Source of the DNA: a bacterium
GTDB taxonomy: Bacteria; Zhuqueibacterota; Zhuqueibacteria; Residuimicrobiales; Krinioviventaceae
Direction: 5' to 3'
Assembly: GCA_963675755.2 (NCBI GenBank)
Contig: CAXXMD010000003.1
Location: 1,216,001-1,280,000, forward strand
DNA: 64,000 bases
The notes under the pieces were generated by a model, which made no database searches, had not been told where the DNA came from, and saw nothing but the letters and a program-made list of their open reading frames with translations. A program made the position numbers and the translations under genes. Positions 10,801 to 19,265 of the stretch are shown in pieces. Position 1 is the stretch's first letter. Every line of letters begins with the position of its first letter.

Positions 10801-11165
10801 CTACACTAGAATTATTGGATCCCGACAGTGACAACGGAATACCAGAAAGCTGGTCCGGACGGTTTTTATATGGGTCACCCGGCAGAACCAATAACCAACC
10901 CGCCTCGGAGTCAAAATCAGTATTGTATCAAAACTATCCCAATCCTTTTTACAATAAAACAACAATTCGGTTTTCCGGTGAAACAAAAAAAGCGGAAATC
11001 ACAATATTCAACATACTGGGCCAAAAAGTTGAATCGTTCTATCCATCAGAAAATGAAAACACGGTAATATGGGATGGCTCAACTTTACCATCCGGTATTT
11101 ATTTTTACCGACTGGAAATTGACAACAAGCATATTAACACAATAAAAGCAATACATCTCAAATAA
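7866..11165 (+). CDS. Secreted CotH-family kinase-like protein with Fn3-like, beta-helix, lamin-tail and C-terminal sorting domains
   Basis: RGDSS..YPKKSLKL, HNYYLY, PWDMD; LTKENSPY beta-helix start; VINEINY..DWVEFYN; QNYPNPF...SGIYFY. Confidence 0.85.
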   Translation: MKKAVYKIIPAFYVLMLLFSGFSFAKDNLSGQNQSNSDIKTINIYCSQDSFKYIYDNPLQDYYIHVAVEYDGQTWPSIPMRIRGDSSRGYPKKSLKLQFPEKFDDWGDTINLNAEYRDLGYFRSTVSSRLYRDTGHPCFRTEHFSVYLNGEYLGLYVRIENIDNYFLKHWDLDVDGNLYKAYKDGACLSVYDDVEYHWEKKTNKSAPFTDLKELIRDINTVKDGDFYQFLQNTFDYKSLINAFAVNMMISNGSTYYHNYYLYHDTEKSNKWMYLPWDMDLSLSPYGINYAYHRSSGMWTVDNPLLERAILCTPVLDDIQTRIDELAATWINSEHVTPIMDSLAAVIQDDVSRDTTDNVESLDVWTKAIDNDKAFISSRYAKLKDQFAYWPSSFRINPQATVFHDSVHFNWYASQDPNNNPITYTLYYSKSKSFSSEPVFMVENITDTLASIATPTDKTTYYWYVTASNPYTKVPGFDTYNAFTIKDQTPLNPEITNDITLTKENSPYYVNQDITVHENAILYIEQGAEIVFDEATSLTIKGNIIATGSLQEPIQLKSNTADQYWSGIYLDTLKDQCIFSNIQFINCFHWDNTETHLPVISANNTNLLIQDASFINCSGGISASGNKAEIKNCSFTDMQGKAIRITNCLATILDNNIVLKDSADAIILENADNSTIQGNSIKNSGIYITNDSKNIYISQNRISSAPDYGIKISDHSTAMMDYNILEHAQTGITVQDSSNVIANNNTLVNNNISFSALCVNHSLWGGVINISNTIISGSVTPVYYDEKSDIQISYTLCDTKLLSGQGNLYDDPRFASENDYSLLPDSPCIHAGNPNFGSDNDGFITDMGAVPYMSIPKIVINEINYHSSNDFDSKDWVEFYNADSSSINISNWTFQDENYNTYTFPNNTILGSNAYLVLCQDTLEFESFYPDVTCILGNMDFGLNNGGELLSLYNLANLLVDSVRFDDKAPWPVSADGKGATLELLDPDSDNGIPESWSGRFLYGSPGRTNNQPASESKSVLYQNYPNPFYNKTTIRFSGETKKAEITIFNILGQKVESFYPSENENTVIWDGSTLPSGIYFYRLEIDNKHINTIKAIHLK

Positions 11166-11169
11166 CAGA

Positions 11170-12261
11170 GTGGTGATAAAATTGAAAAACAAAACAATCC
11201 TTATACTGATCTCACTGGTAATCCTGATTTTAGCCATTATGTCTGGTTTTATTAAAACAAACAAAACCCATATATTCCCCTGTCTTTTTTTAGCACAGGC
11301 AGAGTGGTCGGTTCACATGGATGATCCTGAAAAATTATACATGGAATTAACAAGAAACGATAAAAATCTGGTAGATCGTTTTTCATGCTTTCATTTTAGC
11401 CGGCCAGACCTGGTACATTTTAAGCTTTTACCCAATATAACATTTGGCACCCCCATCCGTGCCGGTCAGGTGATTGCCCAAATACATTCAAAAGAAGACG
11501 AATATCGTATTGAAACAATTAAAGCCGAGCTTGAACAAACCCGTGCTGAATTACAAATGTTAAAAGTAGGTGAAAAAATTGAATTGCAGCAAGAAGCAGA
11601 GCAGGAGCTTGAATATGCCAGAGCCCAGATAAAAGCATATAAACCGCAGCTTGAACGAAAAAAAGAAATGTACAATTCCAGTCTGATCAGCATTGAAGAA
11701 CTGGAACTGGCAGAAGCGACTTTTAGACTTTTACAGATAAATGCAGAATTACAAACCGCAAAATTAAAAGCAACCCAAACAGGAGAAAAGCCAGAGTATA
11801 TTCAATATATCCAAACCGAACTGGAAGGGTTTGAAAAACAGTATTCGATCCTTGAAATGAAAAACCAGGCAAAGCAAATCACCTCCCCGGTATCCGGTAT
11901 TGTCAGTGACGGCAACAAAGCCGGCCTGGTATGCCAGGTAAACAAAACCGACACCCTGATTGTAAAAATACCCGTTTCAGAATCATTAATAGGCCGGGTT
12001 AAGACAGATCAAAAAATCAAGATTGCATTACCTTACAACAATTATGAATCAAGAGAATGTCAAATACTCGAAATTGGGAATCAGGCGCATTTTATTAATG
12101 GGCAGTCCATATTCTACCTGTTATGCAGTATCGCCAATCCGGAAAACATAATCAAAACCGGTTCTACGGGTATCGCAAAAATCAATTTTGGACCGGTTCC
12201 TCTGTATCAGCGATTCATTGAACAGTGGAATAACTATAAAGTACGAAAGCTAACAATCTAG
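11170..12261 (+). CDS. HlyD-family periplasmic adaptor (membrane fusion) protein
   Basis: N-terminal TM, lipoyl half-motifs (GTPIRAGQVIAQI; ITSPVSGIV), long alpha-hairpin, and IK.G.TG.AKI..G. Confidence 0.75.
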   Translation: MVIKLKNKTILILISLVILILAIMSGFIKTNKTHIFPCLFLAQAEWSVHMDDPEKLYMELTRNDKNLVDRFSCFHFSRPDLVHFKLLPNITFGTPIRAGQVIAQIHSKEDEYRIETIKAELEQTRAELQMLKVGEKIELQQEAEQELEYARAQIKAYKPQLERKKEMYNSSLISIEELELAEATFRLLQINAELQTAKLKATQTGEKPEYIQYIQTELEGFEKQYSILEMKNQAKQITSPVSGIVSDGNKAGLVCQVNKTDTLIVKIPVSESLIGRVKTDQKIKIALPYNNYESRECQILEIGNQAHFINGQSIFYLLCSIANPENIIKTGSTGIAKINFGPVPLYQRFIEQWNNYKVRKLTI

Positions 12262-12282
12262 ATCATAAAACAGGACGATTCA

Positions 12283-13050
12283 ATGACCAGCTCTAAAAAT
12301 CACATATCACGATACGAAATCAAGTATTATGTTCCTGTTGAAATGGCAGAAAATATAAAAAATTTGATTGGGCCTTTTGTCAAACTTGATCCCTATGCGG
12401 AAAAAGTAGAAAATAATCGCTATTTGGTACGAAGCCTCTATTATGATACGCCAGACCTTGATTTTTATTATGAAAAGGTAGACGGGCTCAAAGTAAGGAA
12501 AAAATTACGCGTAAGAACATATAATGATTTTCACCCGGACAATATAGGATTCCTGGAAATTAAACGCAGATACAACAATTGTGTTGTCAAAGAAAGAACC
12601 AAAATACCCATTACCAACATTGACGATTTGATGAAAACACCAGTCGAATATGTTAACCGATTCAAGAGTTCGAACGGTAAATACAGATCTTTGCATCGTT
12701 TTGTCTATAACATGACAACACTAAACCTTGAACCTACCCTGCTGATACTATATGACAGAGATGCGTTCATGGACCAAATTGATGACAGGGCCAGATTAAC
12801 CATAGACTATAATGTAAGAATGAAATATGCTCCCTCTCACAATGAAATATATACAAACGAAACCCTCGCACCGGTTACTGAAAAACAATGCATTCTGGAA
12901 CTGAAATTTGACGAATTTATGCCCAAATGGATGCGGAGGCTGGTACAAAAAGTTAAAATACGACCGGAATCGATTTCAAAATACTGCCTGGGAATAGATG
13001 GAAATTTTAACGGAAATAAAGGATTAACGGATGCAGGATCTCATTTTTGA
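12283..13050 (+). CDS. VTC-domain (polyphosphate polymerase, CYTH fold) protein
   Basis: RYEIKY, SLYYDT, KLRVRTY, FLEIK, KER, Y.R.AF, RLTID, ILELKF, ISKY. Confidence 0.9.
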   Translation: MTSSKNHISRYEIKYYVPVEMAENIKNLIGPFVKLDPYAEKVENNRYLVRSLYYDTPDLDFYYEKVDGLKVRKKLRVRTYNDFHPDNIGFLEIKRRYNNCVVKERTKIPITNIDDLMKTPVEYVNRFKSSNGKYRSLHRFVYNMTTLNLEPTLLILYDRDAFMDQIDDRARLTIDYNVRMKYAPSHNEIYTNETLAPVTEKQCILELKFDEFMPKWMRRLVQKVKIRPESISKYCLGIDGNFNGNKGLTDAGSHF

Positions 13051-13720
13051 AAGTTTGCTGGCAAACAGCGCAACTATAACTATTTTTGATGTATTTTTTA
13101 ATATTTTGCTATCTTTATGCTTGGGTTTATTGATTACACTTGTATATAAACTCACCTACAAGGGATATGCTTATTCGGTTACATTTGTAAACACATTGAT
13201 CATCATTACAATGGTTACTACAATTGTCATTATGGTAATCGGTAACAACCTGGCTCGGGCTTTTGGCTTGGTAGGTGCCATGTCAATCATCCGGTTTAGA
13301 ACTGCCGTTAAAGACTCGCTCGATATTGCATTTGTTTTTTTCTCTCTTGCCGCGGGCATGGCAGCTGGCGCCGGCAACCATATCATTGGGATTATTGGCT
13401 GCTCTGTTGTAGCCTTGATCGTTGTTATTTTACATTTCACCAAATATGGCGCCACCTTTCATGAAGAAATGATGCTGCGATTCTGGGTCATGCCGGAGCA
13501 CAATGAAAAGCCCGCCTATCTCGATATTTTCAAAAAATACCTGTCTGTTCATTCTCTTGTTAATATCCGTTCCGCGAGGTTGGGCGAATTTCTCGAGCTC
13601 ACCTTTAATGTGCGCTTTAAAAAAGATAAAACCCATCAGGAACTGGTGCAAGAGCTGGCAATGCACGAAGGTATAGAACGGGTATCGCTGGTTTATGGAG
13701 AGAATTTGTCAGAAAATTAA
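13031..13720 (+). CDS. DUF4956-family membrane protein
   Basis: IG.NLARAFGLVGAMSIIRFRTAVKD..DI.F.F...A.GMA.G; several TMs plus a C-terminal ACT-like domain. Confidence 0.9.
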   Translation: MQDLIFESLLANSATITIFDVFFNILLSLCLGLLITLVYKLTYKGYAYSVTFVNTLIIITMVTTIVIMVIGNNLARAFGLVGAMSIIRFRTAVKDSLDIAFVFFSLAAGMAAGAGNHIIGIIGCSVVALIVVILHFTKYGATFHEEMMLRFWVMPEHNEKPAYLDIFKKYLSVHSLVNIRSARLGEFLELTFNVRFKKDKTHQELVQELAMHEGIERVSLVYGENLSEN

Positions 13721-14331
13721 ATTTTATTCTTAACAAATTGATATATCAATTGTCCAAGTTTAAATACATCTGTTGTTCCGACAATTGGTATATCATCTTT
13801 TTCTTTATAGTTCTTTTTTGAATTTTCTATTGCTTTATCAATTAGAACAAAACATCTTTTGGAATCGAATCCCCCGGAAATTTTTTTATTTACAAAACTT
13901 TTCCATGATTTTGAAATATGCATATTCTCAAAATCCGGATAACTATCAAAAAAATGATAATACAACCAAACTTCAAAACAAGGATTACTGATTCCAACAA
14001 ACCATGATTCTTCTTCAGCATCATTCTTCAAATCATTTATTTGGGTCCATTTATCAACATCAACAATAAACCAGACATAATCAGTACTTCTTAATTCAAT
14101 GTCTTGAACTTTGAATAATTCTTGTGCTTTTTCAAATAATCCTGTTGGAGAATTATTATCATGCTGCTCAGTCTGGATAATTCTGGGATCTATTCTTGAA
14201 TCTAATCCTCTAAAACAACTAAAATATTGATATTCCCGTTTAGCACCCTCACAAAATATGAAAATTTTTATTGCTTTTTTACTGGGGGCTTCACGTACAT
14301 ACTTTCGTTTATCAGGTTTTTGTAGTATCAT
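13717..14331 (-). CDS. rloB: RloB-family (AbiLii-like, TOPRIM-type) protein
   Basis: IFCEG..E..YF, W.IVDVD, SNPCFEVWL..HF. Confidence 0.85.
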   Translation of the reverse strand: MILQKPDKRKYVREAPSKKAIKIFIFCEGAKREYQYFSCFRGLDSRIDPRIIQTEQHDNNSPTGLFEKAQELFKVQDIELRSTDYVWFIVDVDKWTQINDLKNDAEEESWFVGISNPCFEVWLYYHFFDSYPDFENMHISKSWKSFVNKKISGGFDSKRCFVLIDKAIENSKKNYKEKDDIPIVGTTDVFKLGQLIYQFVKNKI

Positions 14332-15673
14332 AAGAATGCCAATTTAATTCATCAAGGTTGCCTAAAAAAGGAATTGAACCATACCTGCCATTCAAATACC
14401 CTTTACGAATATCAATTGTATTATGCTCTTTATAATCGCTCAGAGAATACAAATCCGTACAGCCTTTTCTGTCCTTTTCAGCGAACCATATCTCATCCTG
14501 ACGGAATATGGACTGGTCCAGTAAATTACATTCATGCGTTGTAAAAACAAGCTGGCCTTTGGTATTCTCATCTGATGAAAATTTTTTAATTAATTTTTTA
14601 ATTAAAACCGGGTGCATACTTCTTTCTATTTCATCAATTATAAAAACTTTTTTCTTTGAGACAATTACTTTAAAAGCAGGGATAAAATCCAGTAAACGTA
14701 GAGTACCATCAGATTCTTCATCTAAATCAAAACGTTTAACTGATTCACCTATACCCAAATGTTCCAAAAACAGATGTTTTACTATATAATCATTGTTTTC
14801 TTTAACAATTATTAATTCATCACCATTGCTATTCCTTAATGCGATCATTTTTGATGGAGACTCTTCAATATTCTTTATTAGCTCTTCAATATCATAGTCG
14901 GCACTATCACCAAAAAACTCTTTCATCTGTTTTTTTTCTAAAACAATATTAACAATTCCTATATCAAACGCTTTTAATATATCAATAGTATATTTTTTAA
15001 AATCATCATCAATATCAACATGGTGAGCCAAAGCTGCAGGCTTTGAACTTGGAAAAATAATTTGTAAACAATCTTCAAACCATTGATATGCATCTCCAAC
15101 TAATTCTAATTGTGGATTTTTTAAAGTTGTTAGCAATTTAAAAATTGGTTTATTGGATTTTGAAAAACTTTTTTCTATTAATTTTTTCAAGATCTGATTT
15201 TCGGAATCCATCATAAATTCATTTGAAAAAAGAATTTGAGTGCTTCCCTCATTGTTAGTTTTTCTTTCAAAAATCAATTCATCATCTCTTTTTCCAACTC
15301 CTGATAAATATAGCTCTTCAGTTATCACTGTTTGCCTAGATATTTCCAAACCATAAATAAAAACTTTACTATTTGAAATAAACTCAATTGCAAATAATAT
15401 ACTTTTATCATTATTAAACTTGAAAGCTATATCCTGGATATTCGCAGGTAACATTTCTGTTGTTACTATATCTTTTAACAAATCCAATGCTTTAACTAAA
15501 TTTGATTTCCCGGCTCCATTCGCCCCATAAATTGAAGCCATTTTTAACAAATTTAATCCACATTCCGAGTATTTGTGATGATTGTGGGGCTTATATCTGG
15601 GCTGTGGCAGCATGTTAAATTCTTTTTGCTCCCCAAATGAATATACATTATTTATTACAAATCTTACTAACAT
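14312..15673 (-). CDS. RloA/AbiLi-like ABC-type ATPase (AAA_21)
   Basis: YGANGAGKSN Walker A, ESDGT signature, IIDEIE Walker B, QLVFTTH, Y..GRYG.IP. Confidence 0.85.
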   Translation of the reverse strand: MLVRFVINNVYSFGEQKEFNMLPQPRYKPHNHHKYSECGLNLLKMASIYGANGAGKSNLVKALDLLKDIVTTEMLPANIQDIAFKFNNDKSILFAIEFISNSKVFIYGLEISRQTVITEELYLSGVGKRDDELIFERKTNNEGSTQILFSNEFMMDSENQILKKLIEKSFSKSNKPIFKLLTTLKNPQLELVGDAYQWFEDCLQIIFPSSKPAALAHHVDIDDDFKKYTIDILKAFDIGIVNIVLEKKQMKEFFGDSADYDIEELIKNIEESPSKMIALRNSNGDELIIVKENNDYIVKHLFLEHLGIGESVKRFDLDEESDGTLRLLDFIPAFKVIVSKKKVFIIDEIERSMHPVLIKKLIKKFSSDENTKGQLVFTTHECNLLDQSIFRQDEIWFAEKDRKGCTDLYSLSDYKEHNTIDIRKGYLNGRYGSIPFLGNLDELNWHSYDTTKT

Positions 15674-15782
15674 CTCATTCCTTTATATAAATGTGAAATA
15701 CTCACACAACATTACTAAAATAATCATAATAATGCAACATATTTATACAATTTTATTCATTATTGTGAATATTTCACACAAA

Positions 15783-15813
15783 AATCCCCGGCAGCCTAGG
15801 GTTACCGGGGATT
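15783..15813 (-). terminator. Intrinsic terminator
   Basis: Inverted repeat AATCCCCGG...CCGGGGATT followed by a T-run on the minus strand, downstream of 15839..16246. Confidence 0.6.
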
Positions 15814-15838
15814 ATTAATTTTTTAAATTATTTTCAGA

Positions 15839-16246
15839 TTATTGTTTTACTTCAAAAATCAGTTTTGCGGCTTTACCCCAGTACTGATCTTTACAAGCTT
15901 CAGTAACAATTTGCTCACCGTCTTTATCCAAAGCTTTTACTTCCAGGGTCAATTTTTCCAAAGGCGCTTCATAAGGTACCTGACCTACCAGTTCCCATAC
16001 GTTTTTCTCACTGCCTTCTTTGGGCTGCAAGATCATTTCTGGTGCATCATAGGGATATTCTTTAACCAATACTTCAACTGATTCAACATCCGCTGTTTTT
16101 CCGGTAAACTCGACGGTAATAACAACTTTGGCGCCCGGTGCAGCAACAGCAGGATCAATTTTTGCATCTACAACAGTTGGCTGTTTCGCAAAAGCCGAAA
16201 GAGCAGTCAACAATACCAATACACTGACAAACATCATGCGTTTCAT
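15839..16246 (-). CDS. Secreted hypothetical protein (Ig-like beta-sandwich)
   Basis: Signal peptide ending AFA; alternating beta-strand pattern; SD AGGAG. Confidence 0.65.
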   Translation of the reverse strand: MKRMMFVSVLVLLTALSAFAKQPTVVDAKIDPAVAAPGAKVVITVEFTGKTADVESVEVLVKEYPYDAPEMILQPKEGSEKNVWELVGQVPYEAPLEKLTLEVKALDKDGEQIVTEACKDQYWGKAAKLIFEVKQ

Positions 16247-16316
16247 AGGTATCTCCTGTTTATTTTATTCCTTATTCTTAAATCTGCTTTTTCTATCAAC
16301 ACTATAGATTACCAAT

Positions 16317-17519
16317 TTATTCTGATTCAAGCACCTTTTTCACTTTTTCAAATGCCCAATCCAGATCTTCTTTACTGATCACCAATGGGGGTGCAAATCG
16401 GATGACATTCTCGTGCGTCTCTTTACACAAAAGACCATCTTTTTCAAGCTGTTCACAAAACCTGCGCGCGCCGCCTGCTTCAGGATTCAGTTCAATGCCG
16501 ATAAACAGCCCGCGTCCTCGGATCTCTTTGATGTGCTTTGAATCCAATGTTTGCAATTTAGATTTAAAATATTCGCCCAATTCGGCAGAACGTTCCGGGA
16601 GTTTTTCTTCAACCAAAATGCTCAAGGACTCGCGCGCAATAGCACACGCTAATGGATTTCCTCCAAAGGTGCTGCCATGATCTCCTGGCTTGAAAACACC
16701 CAGTACTTGATCGCTGGCCAGTACTGCTGAAACAGGATAAAATCCACCACTCAATGCTTTTCCAATAATCACCACATCCGGATCCACATTTTCATACTGA
16801 TAGGCAAACAACTTGCCGCTGCGGCCCAAACCGGACTGGATCTCGTCTAAAATAAAAAGCATATTTTTTTCTTTACAGAGCGCCTGAATTTGTTCAAGGG
16901 TACCCTCTTTAGGTATCAAAATACCGCCTTCTCCCTGTACAGGTTCAATCATAACAGCCACCGTGTTTTCTGTAACGGCTGCTTTTAATGCATCAATATC
17001 TCCATAGGGGACCAACATAAAACCCGGTGTAAAGGGTCCAAAACCTTCCTTATATTGTTCTTCGGAAGAAAATCCCACAATGGTTGTAGTACGGCCATGA
17101 AAATTGTTGCCAAACACAACAATCTCTGCCTTGTCTTTGGCCACTCCTTTGACGGTATAGCCCCATTTTCTGGCTGCTTTAATAGCTGTTTCCACCGCTT
17201 CTGCACCACTGTTCATGGGTAACACCCTGTCAAAACCTGTCAATTCGCAAAGCTCTTTGCACAACAGGGGTAACTGATCATTGCGAAACGCCCGCGATGT
17301 AAGGGTGATCTTTTCGCATTGATCTTTCATGGTTTTCACCAGCCGGGGATGACAATGCCCCTGGTTTACCGCCGAATAGGCGCTCAAAAAATCCATGTAC
17401 TTTTTACCTTCAACATCATAAACCCAAACGCCTTCCCCTCGAGTCAACACAACATCCAATGGATGGTAATTGTGAGCTCCGTACTGTTCCTCAATCCGGA
17501 TATACTCTTGTGTCGTCAT
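16317..17519 (-). CDS. rocD: Ornithine--oxo-acid aminotransferase
   Basis: AHNYHPL, SAYSAVNQGHCHP, DEIQSGLGRSG, GKALSGG, HGSTFGGNPLA. Confidence 0.95.
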   Translation of the reverse strand: MTTQEYIRIEEQYGAHNYHPLDVVLTRGEGVWVYDVEGKKYMDFLSAYSAVNQGHCHPRLVKTMKDQCEKITLTSRAFRNDQLPLLCKELCELTGFDRVLPMNSGAEAVETAIKAARKWGYTVKGVAKDKAEIVVFGNNFHGRTTTIVGFSSEEQYKEGFGPFTPGFMLVPYGDIDALKAAVTENTVAVMIEPVQGEGGILIPKEGTLEQIQALCKEKNMLFILDEIQSGLGRSGKLFAYQYENVDPDVVIIGKALSGGFYPVSAVLASDQVLGVFKPGDHGSTFGGNPLACAIARESLSILVEEKLPERSAELGEYFKSKLQTLDSKHIKEIRGRGLFIGIELNPEAGGARRFCEQLEKDGLLCKETHENVIRFAPPLVISKEDLDWAFEKVKKVLESE

Positions 17520-17757
17520 TTAACCTCCTGATTCAAAAAAATGAATGCTTTACGCGCCGAAATTACAAATTTGCCCTTGAAAAAGCAAGTAAATCCCTGT
17601 TTTTTTCTACAAACTGTTAAAAACCCGCATCATTGTGCTTTAACATAAGCAGAGATTAACCTTGATTAATCGACCAAGTTTTTGTAATTTATCTCTTTAT
17701 GTGTGACAGCACAGTCTGAAATTTGAATATAGAGAATTACTATAGAAAGGATGTAAC

Positions 17758-18723
17758 ATGCGAATTCTTTCCGGCATTCAGCCCTCTGGCAGCCTTCACT
17801 TGGGCAATTATTTTGCAATGATGAAACGAATGATCGATTACCAGGAAAATCATGAACTGTTTTGTTTTATTGTAAATTATCACGCACTCACTACCGTTAC
17901 GGATGGTGAACGTTTGCGCAAACATACGTTTGAAGCCATTTGCGACTTTTTGGCATTGGGCATTGATCCTGAAAAATCATATTTTTATGTACAATCTGAT
18001 GTTCCCGAAGTTACAGAGCTGACATGGATCCTCTCCAACATCACACCTATGGGCTTGCTGGAACGCGGACACTCTTTCAAAGATAAAAAAGCCAAAGGCA
18101 TTGCCGCCAATCATGGACTGTTTGCTTATCCCGTTTTAATGGCAGCTGATATTCTACTTTACGGTGCTAACAAGATCCCCGTAGGTAAAGATCAAAAGCA
18201 GCATGTTGAAATGACCCGTGATATTGCTATCAAATTCAACCAAATGTATGGCGAAACCTTTGTCATCCCTGAACCGGAAATCCCCACAGACGTAGCAACC
18301 GTACCCGGTCTGGATGGACAAAAGATGTCAAAATCTTATGACAATACAATAGAAATCTTTGCAGATTACAAACCGTTAAAGAAAAAGGTCATGTCAATTG
18401 TAACCGACTCTACCCCAATTGAAGAACCCAAAGATCCAAAGACCTGTAATCTATTTGCCATATATTCTCTGTTTCTGGATAAAGCCGGCCAGGAAGAACT
18501 GAAACAACGCTATGTAACACCGGGCATGAGATATGGTGATGTAAAAAAAGAACTGCTTGAAACCATTTGGGCATATTTTGAACCCTATCGTGAAAAACGT
18601 GAACATTACATGAACCACAAAGATGATGTTTATGATATCATGAAAATGGGAGCAGAAAAAGCTCGCGCCGTTGCCAAAACATTTCTTGAACCTGCAAGAG
18701 AAAAAACCGGCCTGAAATATTAA
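17758..18723 (+). CDS. trpS: Tryptophan--tRNA ligase
   Basis: SGIQPSG.LHLGNY, YPVLMAADIL, VGKDQKQH, KMSKS. Confidence 0.97.
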   Translation: MRILSGIQPSGSLHLGNYFAMMKRMIDYQENHELFCFIVNYHALTTVTDGERLRKHTFEAICDFLALGIDPEKSYFYVQSDVPEVTELTWILSNITPMGLLERGHSFKDKKAKGIAANHGLFAYPVLMAADILLYGANKIPVGKDQKQHVEMTRDIAIKFNQMYGETFVIPEPEIPTDVATVPGLDGQKMSKSYDNTIEIFADYKPLKKKVMSIVTDSTPIEEPKDPKTCNLFAIYSLFLDKAGQEELKQRYVTPGMRYGDVKKELLETIWAYFEPYREKREHYMNHKDDVYDIMKMGAEKARAVAKTFLEPAREKTGLKY

Positions 18724-18730
18724 TTTTTTG

Positions 18731-18755
18731 GGAACGTTGGCAGATCATGTTCGTT
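18731..18755 (+). promoter_or_regulatory. Putative ECF-sigma promoter
   Basis: GGAAC-N16-CGTT ending 11 bp before ATG 18767. Confidence 0.4.
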
Positions 18756-18766
18756 AAAACAGTGTT

Positions 18767-19189
18767 ATGAATAGAGTATATATTTTTATATTATTAGCAT
18801 TAACAGGCAGTTTTATTTTTTGCAGCAACCCACTTGAAGAAAGTGAAACCCAAAAAGAAAAAATAAGATTGCTGGTTGATCAAACCTTTACAGAATCTGG
18901 CAGGTATGTCTATTACTGGGACGGTAAAGACGACGATGGGAAATATGTTGAACCCGGTAAATACCTGTACGCAATGGAAACAAAAAATTACGATCAGATC
19001 AATTATATGATTGCTGAAATAGGTGGCAAAACCGGTTCTAACAATGAAGAGCATTGGGAACCGGGCTACTGGAACAGTTTTGTACTGGAAGATGCTTACC
19101 CCGATCCCTTTTATATCGAATCCGGGGTAAATATTCCTTTTCTTGTCAGTACATCAGCAAGAATCAAGATCACTATCTATAAAGATTAA
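18767..19189 (+). CDS. Lipoprotein with circularly permuted FlgD-Ig/T9SS CTD-like domain
   Basis: Lipoprotein-type signal (FIFC-SNP); the WDGKDDDG..V.PG.Y.Y half comes before the L.DAYPDPF...I.ITIY half. Confidence 0.7.
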   Translation: MNRVYIFILLALTGSFIFCSNPLEESETQKEKIRLLVDQTFTESGRYVYYWDGKDDDGKYVEPGKYLYAMETKNYDQINYMIAEIGGKTGSNNEEHWEPGYWNSFVLEDAYPDPFYIESGVNIPFLVSTSARIKITIYKD

Positions 19190-19265
19190 ATCTTGATATT
19201 TTAAAAAATTACTATTATACTATATATATCTAGTATCGAATTCAGAATTCGTTTATGGTATAGCT

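Noticed and set aside
17520-17757. Possible T-box or attenuator upstream of trpS
   Set aside because: No T-box consensus, no Trp-rich leader peptide and no terminator seen; looks like an ordinary divergent promoter region
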